Assembly: GCF_018350175.1 (NCBI RefSeq) | Contig: NC_058368.1 | Span: 43,154,001 to 43,218,000 of the forward strand | Direction of reading: 5' to 3' | DNA length: 64,000 nt | Source: Felis catus | Lineage: Eukaryota | Shown: in pieces, positions 40,376 to 53,885 of the stretch | Position numbering within the stretch: position 1 is the stretch's first letter | Layout of the letters: the number at the start of each line of letters is the position of its first letter | Made by a program: the position numbers and the translations under genes | Notes under the pieces: model-generated | Seen by the model: the letters and a program-made list of their open reading frames with translations, nothing else | Told to the model about the DNA's origin: nothing | Databases searched by the model: none

Positions 40376-40745
40376 TGTTCCATTTCCTCTATTTCGCCTT
40401 CCATTCACTTAAAAACTGAACATAATCAAGTTTTATTCTAATTATAGAGTTGACACCTTACCACAAGCCATGATGTGGGAATGATACCTGGAAACAGTCT
40501 CATCAATCTAACTTTAATCTTTACTCTCAAAAGCAAGAGAGTGCTATCCCTTATCTTTTATCTCCCTCATCTTTTATTGGGCCTCAAACTCTTGCTATAT
40601 TTGAAAATTTTCATCAGTCCCTTCTAATAAAACAAACAAAAATGGTGCTCTTTCTCTACCCTATGCTCCTGGCATCAGATATGGGTAGATACTAGGGTCA
40701 AACTTTTAATGGCAATGCTTTAGTTTGAAACCTTAATACCAACTA

Positions 40746-41071
40746 CACTTGACCCTGAATAATATGAGGGTTAGATGCACAAACTTTAAATTCAGTAAAA
40801 AATCCATGCACAACTTTCAACTCACCAAAAACTTAACTACTAAAAGTGAACTGATGACCAGAAGCCTTACTAATAACATATACAACACACGTTTTATCCA
40901 TTATATGTTACATACTGCATTATTACAAAAAGGTAAACTAGAGAAAAAAAATGTTATAAAGAAAATCATAAGGAAGAGAAAAATACATATACAGTCCTGT
41001 ACTGAATTTATGGGAGAAAATGCACTTATTAAGCAGATCCACACAGTTCAAATTCATGTTAAGGGTCATTG
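40746..41071 (+). mobile_element. Tigger2a-like non-autonomous Tc1/mariner element
   Basis: TIR-like ends cacttgaccctgaa / ttaagggtcattg flanked by TA; internal aaaaacttaactacta...gaccagaagccttac. Confidence 0.85.
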
Positions 41072-44000
41072 TACTTTCATTCTCAACACTTTTCCTTCCC
41101 GACATACTATCCCCTATGTACTAGGGCTTACCCAACATTAGAGGTATCTTCTTCTCTGAGCAAGATTGTGTTTGGTATTTAATTTATATAGTATTTTATT
41201 GCAATAAAATAGAAATATCAGGATTCTAGGAAATGTTAAGCTAAAGAATTTTCTTTCCTATCAGCACGATTGCAAGGAATATTTAGATATTGATCATTCT
41301 GCTATTGCTTTGTGCCTTCGTGAGGCATTCTTCAATTATCCAAAGCCTTGTGAACCTCACATATGAATATCTCTTTACGAGATATGGGTTGATCTTGGAG
41401 AAATTACCATGGTGCAGGTGGGTTTCTGCAGAAGAACCTCTGTAAGAATATCTTGAGAAGTTTGCAAAGTAGAAGTAGAACTGTTCACGGAATCATATTC
41501 TCAGAGGAGGAGGAACATATTACTGTTTTTTGAAAATATTGCATAGTCATCTGTCCTATTGACAATATGTATTATTAGGAGTAAACAGAGATAAGCATAC
41601 TTAAAAACATCATCCTCAGTTAGTGATCTCTTTCTCTATCCCCTTTCCAGTCACCCTGCCCAACCTCCACTTTCTTTGCCATATCCAGCAGGAGAATATA
41701 GCAGTAACTAGGAATCTCAGGTCTCATAAAGAAATAATTTCACTAGGACTTCTTATAAAATCCTCTACATTTCCCCCCTATTACTCAATTCATTGCCTTG
41801 CATGTTTGCCTCCTCCAAAGGAAAGAAAGAAACATTAAAGATGTAAAATAAGCATAAGAAGGACCTAATATTTTGTAGCTGTATTAAGTTTTGTTTATAT
41901 GTTGTGGAATGTAGGACATGAAGTTGCTCATTTATGTTAGACATAACTTTGCATACAGCATTCTCCATGTGGAAAAAGTAAAGTATGGTGTTATAAGAAG
42001 GAAAACAGCCAAATGAACCCAAGCAATCAAATATTATAATCTGGAATGGCTACTGAAACTTAATTTTGTTTCCATGGGATCTGCCTTCTATATTTGGAAT
42101 ACTGAGATTTGAGCCATATATTAGAGTACATATCCATATAGATACAAAATACAAATATAACATTTGATTTCATATTTTAATCATGTCATTTGTTAATTTG
42201 TAAATATGATCTTCTTTAGCATGTGAAAAATTCCACATACATAAAATTAAACTTGTGAGTATAAATAAAGGCTAAACGTATGTTAGGGTTTTTATAAAAG
42301 TATTATCTTTGAGGAACAGTGCACAATTTATTCTATGATCTTTAATTAAATCAGCTCCAGAAATGTTCTGAGATGTTAATGAGCCTGAGTTTCTCTTATC
42401 TTTTATTTTGACCTTCAAGTATGACATTATTTCTTCTTTGAAATGGCATCATGAGTGCTGATATGTAAAGATATTCAATTTTGGAGATATATTCTATTAA
42501 TTTTGCCTTTTCTCATTTTAGAAATGATCTATTATTTTTACTCTGAGGAAACAATATGTCATTCCCCAACATATGATTCTTTAGAGTTTTCTTTTAGATG
42601 AATTTTGGAATAAAAATATGATGGTGTATCAACTTAAAATTTTAGTGATAATAGGTGTGCAAAAGATAACATAATATCATCAAGCAATATTATATATGCT
42701 ATAAAATTGGTATCAGACGAGTTCTTTGTGAGAAAACATGAGCTTGTCAATTACTTTTCTCTTTCACTAGAATATTGCCTTAGTTACCTCACAAGTCTTT
42801 TGCCATGCAAGTATCAGTTCCACTAATTTTAATTTTAACATATTCTAAGAAGTCTAGTCAAAAGGTATATTTATCTTCAATATCAAACTTGTATTCTCAA
42901 TATTATTCAGGCATTTTCTTCCTCAAATTTGAGAAACTGTTAAAACCTTTTATGGCAAAATTGAGATTTCCTTGTCCTATTTAACTCTTCTATTTAACAA
43001 GTTCCTTGAAGGAAGATCATGTATAAGAGGCTTTCACTTTCTAAATTAATGGAATTAGCATTGACAGGTAAGCAGAATAGTTTAAAAGTCAGGAATGCAA
43101 GTGCTTTAAAAAACTTTGATATTACCTAGCACAACCTTAATTTTACAGAACAGAAAAGTGAAATCTACAAATATAATGATTAACTCAGTGTCAACCACCT
43201 AGGAGGGTCTTAATGAGTACTAATTAATTGATGATAATTTGCTGTGTACTTTGAACCTGCTACCAGTTTTCACATATTAAGAGCAATATGTAAAATACTG
43301 TACTAGGAATTCCTGGAATTACAAACATAACAAGGTAATATCTACTCTCAAGAAGATGGCGTTTACATAAATAACAGAATATTCAGCCACTCAACATTTA
43401 TTGGGTGCTTACAAGGTAGCAGTCATTGTGTGGTTAAGGATTCAGTGGTAGCAAAGCCAGCAATCAGATTCATAGTTTCTAGAGCTTACAGTTAGTTAAA
43501 AGAAAGCTAGTTAAAAACTGAATACATCAGGGAGAAGTCAACAAGGCAGAACAGCATGGAAGTTTTTTGTGTGTCTCATGTCCATGAAATACAGCCAGAT
43601 TAACACTAAACCACTCTGCACACCTAGAAAACTGATTGGAGGATCAACACAACAATTGGCACAACTTGACCACAGAATTCAGCAGGTATGTGGGATGGAG
43701 AGGTGAACTTAGGGAGCAAGAAGCCGCAGAGGTCAGGGAGGTGCTTTTGCAGGTCGAGAGAGAGGACGGAAATGGGGGGGGAGATACAGGAAAAGCACCC
43801 TTCCCCAAAAGCATCTGGAGAGAAAGTGGAAAGTTGGAAACAGCCACAGGAACTAAACTATAAAGGGAGAAAGGATAAAAGAGAGGGGTTAAAATCCATT
43901 AAGACTATAGTCTTAACAAGGGGAGCGCAAAGGCTGCAACTCCCCAGCTTGATACCTGGCGGTGCTCTGCTGGGAAGGGCGAATCCCCAGGAGCAGAGTG

Positions 44001-45443
44001 GGGTCCGGGAAGTTCTTGGGCCACACGGAAAAAATCAGTTCCACTGTTGGAAGGACATTTGGTAGAGGCTGTTGAAGCCACTTGGTCCCAGCAGGCCCCA
44101 GAGAACTGCCACATTAGCTGGTGAAGGAACAAGGTCCTTAAGGGTGAAGTCTGGTGCCAGATGTGTGTTGTGATTTTCCATAATCCCTGAAAAGCTGCTG
44201 CTACACTGTCTCACGAAATTTTTCTGGGGCAGGCTGGCACCTGGCCCCAGTGTCAGGGCACGGGTAGCATCAGGGTCCAGCAAGCGTTCCTGGGTACAGC
44301 CGACATTTGGCCATTGCTCGGTGAGACCCTCCCACAGAGGGGGGAAATGGGTCAAAGCCACAGTCCTTCAGAAGTAAGGGGCTAGGGAAAACAGCCGCAT
44401 CTGAGACAAAACTCGGGAGAGGTACAGCCTGTGGCTTGGTCATGGACAGTAAAAAAGTGGGGAGTGGATAAAGCTGAAGACAGAGGATGGGTGTGCAATT
44501 GCTGATCCAGGAGAACAGAGCTGCGATACTGGAGCACCCAGGGTAGCTGGGTGACGCCATTTTCACCGCTCCCGTGCATGTGCATATGCACCTATGAGCA
44601 CCACAACAACCCACCCCAGTAGGCTAACAGCACCATCTAGTGGATAATGGAGCCTTTACACTGAGCCCTGCCCAACTGGGCCAACCTCGCTCTTCAAGAA
44701 CACAAGTCTCACCACCTGCTTAGTTTATGGACTATAAAGCACTTCATAGTCTGACTTCTAGGGGAAACCAAAGTGATTTCAGTGCCATTTCATTCTGGTA
44801 GCAGGTCCATCGATTCAATTTTCTTTCTTTTTTTTTCTCTTTTTCACTTATTTTCTTTTTCTTGAATACAGAAAGAGAAAAAATTCATTTTTATTTTCAA
44901 TTTTTATTAGAAATGTTTTTAATTCTTTTACCATATTTCTTATTTTTGTGTAATTTTTTCAAATTCTATTTTAATTCCATCATTTTATTTTAGTCTACTA
45001 CAGTGTATTCACTTTTTCACATTTTCAAACGATTTCCATTTTTTTTCTTTTTTCTCTTTTTCGTTTCTTTTTCTTGAATACAGAAAGAGAAAAAATTCAT
45101 TTTTATTTTTAACTTTTATTAAAAATATTTTCCTTAATTTTTCTACTATATTTTTTACTTTTGTGTATTTTTTTCAAATTCTATTTTACTCCCATCATCT
45201 CATTTTAGTCTATTCATTTTTTTCAAATTCTCAAACGATTTCTTCCTGCCCCCACTTTTTTTTCTCTAATCTGTCAAACCGCTTTCAACACCTGACCAAA
45301 ACACACCTAGGATCTAGCATCATTTCTTCGATTTTGTGTGCGTGTGTGTGTGTGTGTTTAATTTTTTAATTTTAATATTTTTTAATTTTAATATTTTTTA
45401 ATTTTAATTTTTCTACCTCACTAATTCCTTTTGTCCCTTCAAA

Positions 45444-46331
45444 ATGACAAAAAAAAAGAAAAAAAGGAATTCATCCCAAAAGAAAGAGCATGAAGAAACG
45501 ACAGCCAGGGACTTAACCAACACAGATACAAGCAAGATGTCTGAACCAGAATTTAGAGTCAGGATGTAAGAATACTAGCTGGAGTCGAAAATAGATTAGA
45601 ATCCCTTTCTGCAGAGATAAAAGAAGTAAAAAATAGAATGAAATTAAAAAATGCTATAACTGAGCTGCAATCACAGATGGATGCTGCGGCGGCAAAGATG
45701 GATGAGGCAGAACAGAGAATCAGCGATATAGAGGACAAAATTATAGAGAATAATGAAGCAGAAAAAAAGAGGGAGATTAAGGCAAAAGGAGCACAATTTG
45801 AGAATTAGAGAGATCAGTGACTCATTAAAAAGTAACAAAATCAAAATCATAGGGGTTCCAGAAGAGGAAGAGAGAGGAGAGAAATAGGGATGGAAGGGTT
45901 ATGTGAGCAAATCATAGCGGAAAACTTTCCTACCTTGGGGAAAGGCATCAAAATCCAGGAAGCACAGAAGACCCCCATTATATCAACAAAAACCGACCAT
46001 CAACAAGGCGTGTCATAGTCAAATTCACAAAATATTCAGGCAAGGAGAGAATCATGAAAGCAGCAAAGGAAAATAGGTCCCTAACCTACAAGGGAAGACA
46101 GATCAGGTTTGCAGCAGACCTATCCACAGAAACTTGGCAGGCCAGAAAGCAGTGGCAGGATATAGTCAATATGCTGAATCAGAAAAACATGCAGCCAATA
46201 ATTCTTTATCCAGCAAGGCTGTCATTCAAAACAGAAGGGGAGAGATTAAAAGTTTCCCAGACAAACAAAAATTAAAGGAGTTTGTGACCATTAAACCAGC
46301 CCTGCAAGAAATTTTAAGAGGGACTGTCTGA
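45444..46331 (+). pseudogene. L1 ORF1p, disrupted
   Basis: ATG at 45444; segments RFAADLSTETWQAR and YPARLSF; ends KPALQEILRGTV-stop; internal frameshifts. Confidence 0.88.
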
Positions 46332-46442
46332 AGGGAGAAAAGACGAAAAAGAAAAAAGAAAAAAAAAAAAAAGACCAAAAGCAACAAAGTCTAGAAAGGA
46401 CCAGAGAACACCACCAGGAACTCCAACTCTACAAGCATCATA

Positions 46443-48622
46443 TTGGCAATAAATTCATATCTTTCAGTACTCACTGTAAACGTCAATGGACTCAATGCTC
46501 CAATCAAAAGACATAGGGTAACAGAATGGATAAGAAAACAGACCCATCTATATGCTGTTTACAAGAGACCCGCTTTAGACCTAAAGACACCTTCAGATTG
46601 AAAATAAGGGGATGGAGAACCATCTATCATGTTAATCATCAACAAAAGAAAGCCAGAGTAGCCATACTTATATCAGACAATCTAGACTTTAAAATAAAGA
46701 CTGTATCAAGAGATGCAGAGGGCATTATATTATAATAAAAGGGTCTGTCCACCAAGAAGACCAACGAATTGTAAACATTTATGTGCCAAATGTGAGAGCA
46801 CCCAAACATATAAATCAATTAATCACAAATATAAAGAAACTCATCGATAATAATACCATAATAGTAGGAGACTTCAACACCCAATTCACAGCCATGGACA
46901 GATCATCTAATCAAAAAATCAACAAGGAAACAATGGCTTTGAATGATACACTGGACCAGATGGATTAACAGATACATTCAGAATATTTCATCCTAAAGCA
47001 GCAGAATATACATTCTTCTCCAGTGCCTCTGTAATGTTTTCCAGAACAGACCATATAATGGGACACAAATCAGCCCTAAGTAAGTACAAAAAAGATCAAG
47101 ATCATACTGTGCATATTTTCAGACCACAATGCTATGAAACTCGAAATCAACAAGAAGAAAAAATTTGGAAATGTAACAAATACTTGCAGACTGAAGGATA
47201 TCCTACTAAAGAATGAATGGGCTAACCAAGAAGTTAAAAGGAAATTAAAAAGCATATGGAAGTCAATGAAAATGATAACACCACAACTCAAAACCTCTGG
47301 GACGCAACAAAGGTGGTAATACAGAAAAGTATATAGCAATTCAGGCCTTCCTAAAGAAGGAAGAAAGATCTCAGATACACAACCTAACCTTACGCCTTAA
47401 AGAGCTGGAAAAAGAACAGCAAATAAAACCCAAAACTGGCAGAAGACAGGAAATAATAAAGATTAGAGCAGAAATTAATGCTATCAAAACCCAAAAAACA
47501 GTAGAGCAGATAAATGAAACCAGAAGCTGGTTCTTTGAAAGAATTAATAAAATTGATAAACCACCAGCCAGTGTGATCAAAAAGAAAAAGGAAAGGACCC
47601 AAATACATAAAATCAAGAATGAAAGAGAAGAGATCACAACCAACACAGTAGAAATGAAAACAATAATAAGAGAATATTATGAGCAATTATATGCCAATAA
47701 AATGGGTAATCTGGAAGAAATGGACAAATTCCTAGAAACATATACACTACCAAAACTGAAACAGGAACAAATAGAAAATTTGAACAGAACCATAATCAGT
47801 AAGGAAATCGAATCAGTAATCAAAAATCTCCCAAAAAACAAGAGTCCAGGGCCAGGTGGCTTTCCAGGGGAATTCTACCAAACATTAAAGGAAGAGTTAA
47901 CACCTATTCTCTTGAAGCTGTTCCAAAAAAAATAAATGGAAGGAAAACTTCCAAACTCTTTCTATGAAGCCAGCATTACCTTGATTCCAAAACCAGACAG
48001 AGACCCCACTAAAAAGGAGAACTATAGACCAATTTCCCTGATGAACATGGATGCAAAAATCCTCAACAAGATATTAGCCAACCTGTTCCAACATTTGCAT
48101 TAAAAAAATTATTCACCACGACCAGGTGGGATTTATACCTGGGATGCAGGGCTGGTTCAATATCCACAAAACAATTAATGTGATTCATCACATCAATAAA
48201 AGAAAGGACAAGAACCATATGATCCTCTCAGGTGCAGAGAAAGCAATTGAAAAAATACAGCATTCTTTCTTGATTAAAACCCTCAAGAAAGTAGGGATAG
48301 AAGGATCATACCTTGAGATCATATAAGTCATATATGAAAGACCCAACGCTAACATAATCCTCAAAGGGGGAAAACTGAAAGCTTCCCCCCTAAGGACAGG
48401 GACAAGACAGGGATGTCCACTGTCACCACTGTTATTCAACATAGTATTGGAAGTCTTAGTCTCAGCCATCAGACAACACAAAGAAATAAAAGGCATCCAA
48501 ATTGGTCAGGAGGAGGTCAAACTTTCACTCTTCGCAGATGACATGATACTCTATAAGGAAAACCCAAAAGATTCCACCAAAAAACTGTTAGAACTGACTC
48601 ATGAATTCAGCAAAGTTGCAGG
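46443..48622 (+). pseudogene. L1 ORF2p (endonuclease and partial RT), disrupted and truncated
   Basis: LTVNVNGLNAPIKRH start region (expected ATG reads TTG); EN and RT motifs split across several frames. Confidence 0.92.
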
Positions 48623-50336
48623 GTGTTCTGAGTGTTGTGTTTTATGTGTGTGATTTGATCATCGTCGTCTAGTAATAACACAATAACAAATTAATCTTTC
48701 TCTCAAGTTCTTCATGTGTGTGCTTTGTCTATCATCAGTACAGTATCATTTTTCTCAGCATGACCACAAACACAAAAATCAAAATTAAAAGAACATTTTA
48801 TGTGGATTAGTTTAAGTGTTGTTATCTTTGGTCACGTTGTAAGATTTATTTCTCTCTTTTCCTATGATTATATTATGTGATATGGTGAAGATTTATGCCC
48901 CTCCAGGTGCCTATGTTTATAAATTATGGGAATATTATGAATTGCAATTGTAAAAGAAAGGCACAGTAATGTAAGAACTTTTGTACTCTTTCTCATGCTT
49001 ACAGATAATGACAGTTAACAAAGAAGAGCTGCATAGTAGTCTTCAAAATAAAAAAAAAAAAACAAAACTCTACAAAAGTTCCAAGATGTCTAATTTAACT
49101 TATGTGATTTCTCTCCATCACTTCATTGTGGTTTTAATAACATGTAAATATAAGCCATTTTAAAATATAAATTTATTAAAGCAAGACCATAAAATAGCAT
49201 AGATAGTATTATCTTTTAACCTCTTTGTTCTGTAGCTCAATAGCAATAACAAGATACATATTAGTTCCTGTTGCAAATAGGGTTAAGAGACTGAAATTTG
49301 GGTCTCTGGGTTCCAAGCTTTGTTACGTCTTTCCTACCTGTCACTGACTTGCTATTTCAGTTACATGGCTGCAAGTATTAAGAAAAAAAAATTATAGCTA
49401 ATTTTAGTTTAAGAATATTCCTCAAAAGAACACAATAAAATTCAGGCTAAGTAGTAGGTTTCTAGAAATAACCAGCTAACTACAAAGAGCACACACATAA
49501 ACATTCATTAATAACTTTGTAAACCACCCTTTGTTTCAAAGATAGTCAGTTGTTTGTATATGTATTTTAATGAATTTTTCAAAATGTCAGGTATCACAGG
49601 TTATAATAAATTAAGTTTAGGATAAATTTGATAATGCACAATAAATGTCATCTTATCTGAAAAGACAGCATAACTATGCAGTGAAGTTGCTGCACCTATG
49701 GGGATGGAATCCAAACAGTACTGGAGCAGTGGCTGCTAACAGGGTCCCAAGCACTAGGATGATGATTTTAGATTCACTCGGAGCAGTAAGTACCACATTT
49801 AAATTACTGTATAGTGCAACTGAAAAGATTTTGCCTACTTATTATCTGTGTGTGTGTATAATACATTTATAAAGACACATGTTTATGTTTACATATAGAG
49901 AAAAAGAAAGAAAAATGAAGGCAACAAAATATTTCCTGCCTCTGTGTTAAGCAATGCTAATAACAATAAAAAGTGACATGAACTTGCTGTAGGAGATAAC
50001 TGTTTTTGGGAGATGGGTATGTAAAACAACTAACAGCTTTCCTGTCAGATTTAATCATGTACTCACCAAGACTCATATCCAGGCTCATTCTTCTCTGTGA
50101 TTCCCAGTCCAAAGATACTGTGTCAAACTCTGACCATCCCAAGCACTTTTTTTTCCTCTTTCAGGCTCTCCTCAAAATCATCCAGTCCTTAATCTCAAAC
50201 CCAATAAATATCCTTCACTAATCTTCCTATTTTGAAACACTTCCAAGATTCTGGGAAGATGGTCTTAAAACCGCCAATAGTTTGAATAATCTTCATGCTG
50301 TTGCACTGCTTTATCATGTTTTTCTGGAGATTTTAT

Positions 50337-50338
<2 letters not shown>

Positions 50339-50376
<38 letters not shown>
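50339..50376. repeat. (TG)n microsatellite
   Basis: Direct reading. Confidence 0.95.
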
Positions 50377-50378
<2 letters not shown>

Positions 50379-50499
50379 TGCATCTGTATGTGCTTGCATT
50401 TATTTACATAAATGTATTGTGTTATGTATTTTCATATATGCTACACAAGCTATATTTAACTATAAGCATAAATAAGAGCTAAAACTTTATGTCATATAT

Positions 50500-50720
50500 T
50501 GAATGTTTATAAATTGCCACAAAATGTACCAAGCACTTTGTCTCTTTAATCCTCCTATAAACCCTATCAAGGAAGCAATAATGTTATAAACATTTTATAG
50601 GTGAGAACATTTGGGCTTATAGAAGTGAGATTATGTGCTTATTATACCATGAGTATACCATGAGTAAGTACAGGAATTTGTGCCCAAGCTTCACAACTCC
50701 AGAGTCCAATATACAAACCA
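50500..50720 (-). mobile_element. MIR
   Basis: tttaatcctcctataaaccctat...cattttataggtgagaa. Confidence 0.65.
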
Positions 50721-50729
50721 CATATTCAG

Positions 50730-50955
50730 TGCCATGCAGACACATATAAGTAAGGAACTTTAGGCAAAACTAAAAGTCAATCATAAGATGTGTCTTTATT
50801 TCAAATTTTGATATTTTGTTAATCATGGATATTTTGTATTATTACCTTAAAATACTGCATTAAAATATTTATCTTGATTGCTGAGTTTTTAGCATCCCAT
50901 TAAATTTTTTACTGAAGGCAACTTCTTTACTTCACTTGCCTGGCTCTAATTCTGC
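50730..50955 (+). mobile_element. hAT DNA transposon relic (MER96B-like)
   Basis: ttttgatattttgttaatcatgga...tatcttgattgctgagtttttagcatcccattaaatttt. Confidence 0.5.
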
Positions 50956-52337
50956 CTCTGTGACATATCCATTGTCAGTAGCATTAGAGAAATAAAGGGT
51001 CTGATTGAAATTTTTGATCCATCACTCATTGTTTTCATGAGCTTGAGAAACTTACATAATCTATTCCTCCATCAATGAAGTGGGAATTATAATACATAAC
51101 ATATGATGTTACTGTACATATTCAACTAGTAATTTATAAAGTGGTTTACAAAGACTATTCAAATATTATTACCTTTATTTCAATGGATTTGCTACAAAGT
51201 AAGAGAGCAGTGTAGAAACATGAGTCAAATGATCATCAGTTCTTTCCTGTAAACATTAATCCTAGAATTTATAAACATTTCAAGTATGTCACTAAACCAA
51301 TGTTCATCCTCCAAACAATCATGTTAAGGATACTTGGCAAGGAAATTTATACACATTTTATTGCTGAGGAAAATAAGCTGTCCCAAAGTAATGAATTTAG
51401 AAATTAAATCACTCTCTTCTCTCTCTTAGTTCATTGCTGAATTCTCTCCTTGTTGCTGCCCTAATTATCCAATGAAAATATGGATATATCCTGAGAGGTA
51501 AATTAAAATTACTCTAATTTTTATTACAAGGCCAACATCACGCTTCAACTGCATCAACAAAACACCTGTACATTTTCCTTTCCATTATCAACAACTTTGT
51601 ATATGGCTATGGAAGCCTGAGCTAAACCAAACTGACACTGTACAATGGTTATGCAAGATATTATCATCGGAGGAAGCTTGTGCATGGAAAAACCAAGCTC
51701 TCTGTACTATATATGCAAATTCTTTTGAGTTTTAAACCATTTAGAAATTATTTTAAACTTAACTTTTAAAAAGCTTGAGAAAGAACATGGGAGAAAATAC
51801 TTCAGGGAGGGAGGAGTCACAGGGTTGCTTTGAATGATTTTTGGACACAATATGTAAAACTTTGTGTACTTACCTGTTTATTTCTCAATTTGATAAACAG
51901 ACAAGTGTTAGTCAAGCAGGTATCTTTAAAACCTCTTGTTTTCTTCTTCTTCAGAACTATAATGAAAATGAAATGAGCTTAAAAGTGAAATATATCTTGG
52001 GAAAAAAGTAATCTACAGCTGGCTACTTAATCATTGGAATAACATTATTATTTATGTTGAGTTACATACAGGTTGAGTTACATACAGTTATGCATGAAAC
52101 TTGAGATTATCTATTAAAATTTACTAATTTTGTAGATAAGAAAATTATTTCTAGCAAGGGGTTTATTCCCCTTGCTAGAAATTCCAAAAAAAAATCCCAT
52201 ACCCATATATTTCTATTCACAACACTCTGAATTTTGACAAATTCATTTCTATCTTACAACTCAAAATAAACAAGAAGGACTGAGTAGCTAAAATAACTTC
52301 CCAAAATAGCATGTATTAGAAAGCTAAGATTTCTACT

Positions 52338-52534
52338 GGGGCACCTGGGTGCTCAGTCATTAAGCATCATCAGACTCTCAATTTGTCTCAGGTCATGATC
52401 TCACAGTTAGTGATTTACGCTCCGCATCAGACTGCGCTGATAGCATGGAGCCTGCTTGGGATTCTGTCTCCCTCTCTCTCTCTGTCCCTCCCTGCTTGCT
52501 CTCTCTCTCAAAATAAAAAATAAACTTAAATAAA
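52338..52534 (+). mobile_element. SINEC
   Basis: Head, body, tail; TSD taagatttctac / taagatttttac. Confidence 0.93.
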
Positions 52535-53627
52535 TAAGATTTTTACAAAAAGGATTTTACCACTTTACCATGAAAAACCTAGACTGATGTTCTAATTCTA
52601 AAAAACTTAATTTTTTAACTCTTAATTTCTTTTTCCTTCAAGATATAATTCATGTACCACAACATTCACATTTAAGTTTGAAGTGTACAAGGAAATATTT
52701 TAAAATGGAAAAAGAAACCCACAAACAAAACCAGCAACAGAAACTTTCTGTGACACAGCACAGTGGCTAGGCCTAGCACTGAAAAACTTCAAAGCAGCTG
52801 TTATAAATATATCCAAAGAACTAAAAAAACATGTTTAAAAAAAGTACACAGGAAAGCATTAATGACAATGTTTCTCAAATAAAAACTATCATTAAAAAGA
52901 AATTCTTTTTTCCAAATGGGAAATTCTGGAGTTGAAAATTATAATATTTTCACTAAAAAATGTAAGTATTGGAGCTCAACTGTACCTGTGAGCTGGCAGA
53001 AGTAAGAACTGGGTAACTTGAATATAGATGAAGACCTATCATGCAGTCTGAATAACTGAAAAACAAAACAAAACACAAAAATAGTGAAACCAAATGAATA
53101 CTCTCAGGGAAATGTGGCTTTATCAGCATATGTGTAATAGGCATACTAGAAGGAGAGAAAGAATGGAAAAAAAAAAAACAGTTGGAAAAATGATGACCGA
53201 AAACGTCTCAAATTTTGAGAAACATTAATCTATATACACATTGAAGAAGCTCCACAATTCCAGTAGAATAAATGACAAAGAGATCCATACCTACATATAT
53301 CATATTAAAAATGTTGGAAGACAAAGATATGAGAAACTTTTGAAAGCAACAGGAAAATAAATAAATGACTTATTGTCATTAGGTAACTTCAATAAGATTA
53401 ACAGCGATCTTCTCATCAGAAACTATGTAGACCTGAGTCAGTGGGATAAAAACTAAATGAATTGTTAAAAGAAAACAATAACAACAAAATACAAGACTTG
53501 TTAACCAGAATAGTGTAATCAACAAAACCACCTTGCATAAATGAAGGTAAAATAAAAATATTCTCAGATAAATAAAAATTGAGAAAATTTCTTGCCAGTA
53601 AATTGCCTTAAAAAAAACACTAAAGGA

Positions 53628-53885
53628 GGGGCGCCTGGGTGGCGCAGTCGGTTAAGCGTCCGACTTCAGCCAGGTCACGATCTCGCGGTCCATGAGTTCG
53701 AGCCCCGCGTCAGGCTCTGGGCTGATGGCTCGGAGCCTGGAGCCTGTTTCCGATTCTGTGTCTCCCTCTCTCTCTGCCCCTCCCCCGTTCATGCTCTGTC
53801 TCTCTCTGTCCCAAAAATAAATAAAACGTTCAAAAAAAAAATGCAGCCCTCTCTTCCTGTTTAAAAAAAAAAAACAAAACAAAAC
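53628..53885 (+). mobile_element. Young SINEC_Fc with a 21-nt non-SINE insert between two A tracts
   Basis: Near-consensus and CpG-rich; perfect TSD aaaaaaaacactaaagga at 53610-53627 and 53886-53903. Confidence 0.97.

Larger units (their letters stand above)
43530..48622 (+). mobile_element. Young felid L1 with 5' UTR, 3'-truncated inside RT
   Basis: 5' UTR with CpGs, ORF1, and ORF2 EN/RT pieces (ORF track: [44 protein letters not shown]); abrupt end at 48622. Confidence 0.96.

Noticed and set aside
40749..41141. 130-aa ORF
   Set aside because: Lies in a non-autonomous Tigger2a-like element and shows no transposase motif.
41265..41366. Acceptor-like ttctttcctatcag followed by 33 open codons (HDCKEYLD...)
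   Set aside because: Stops early, has no recognisable homology and no supporting neighbouring exons.
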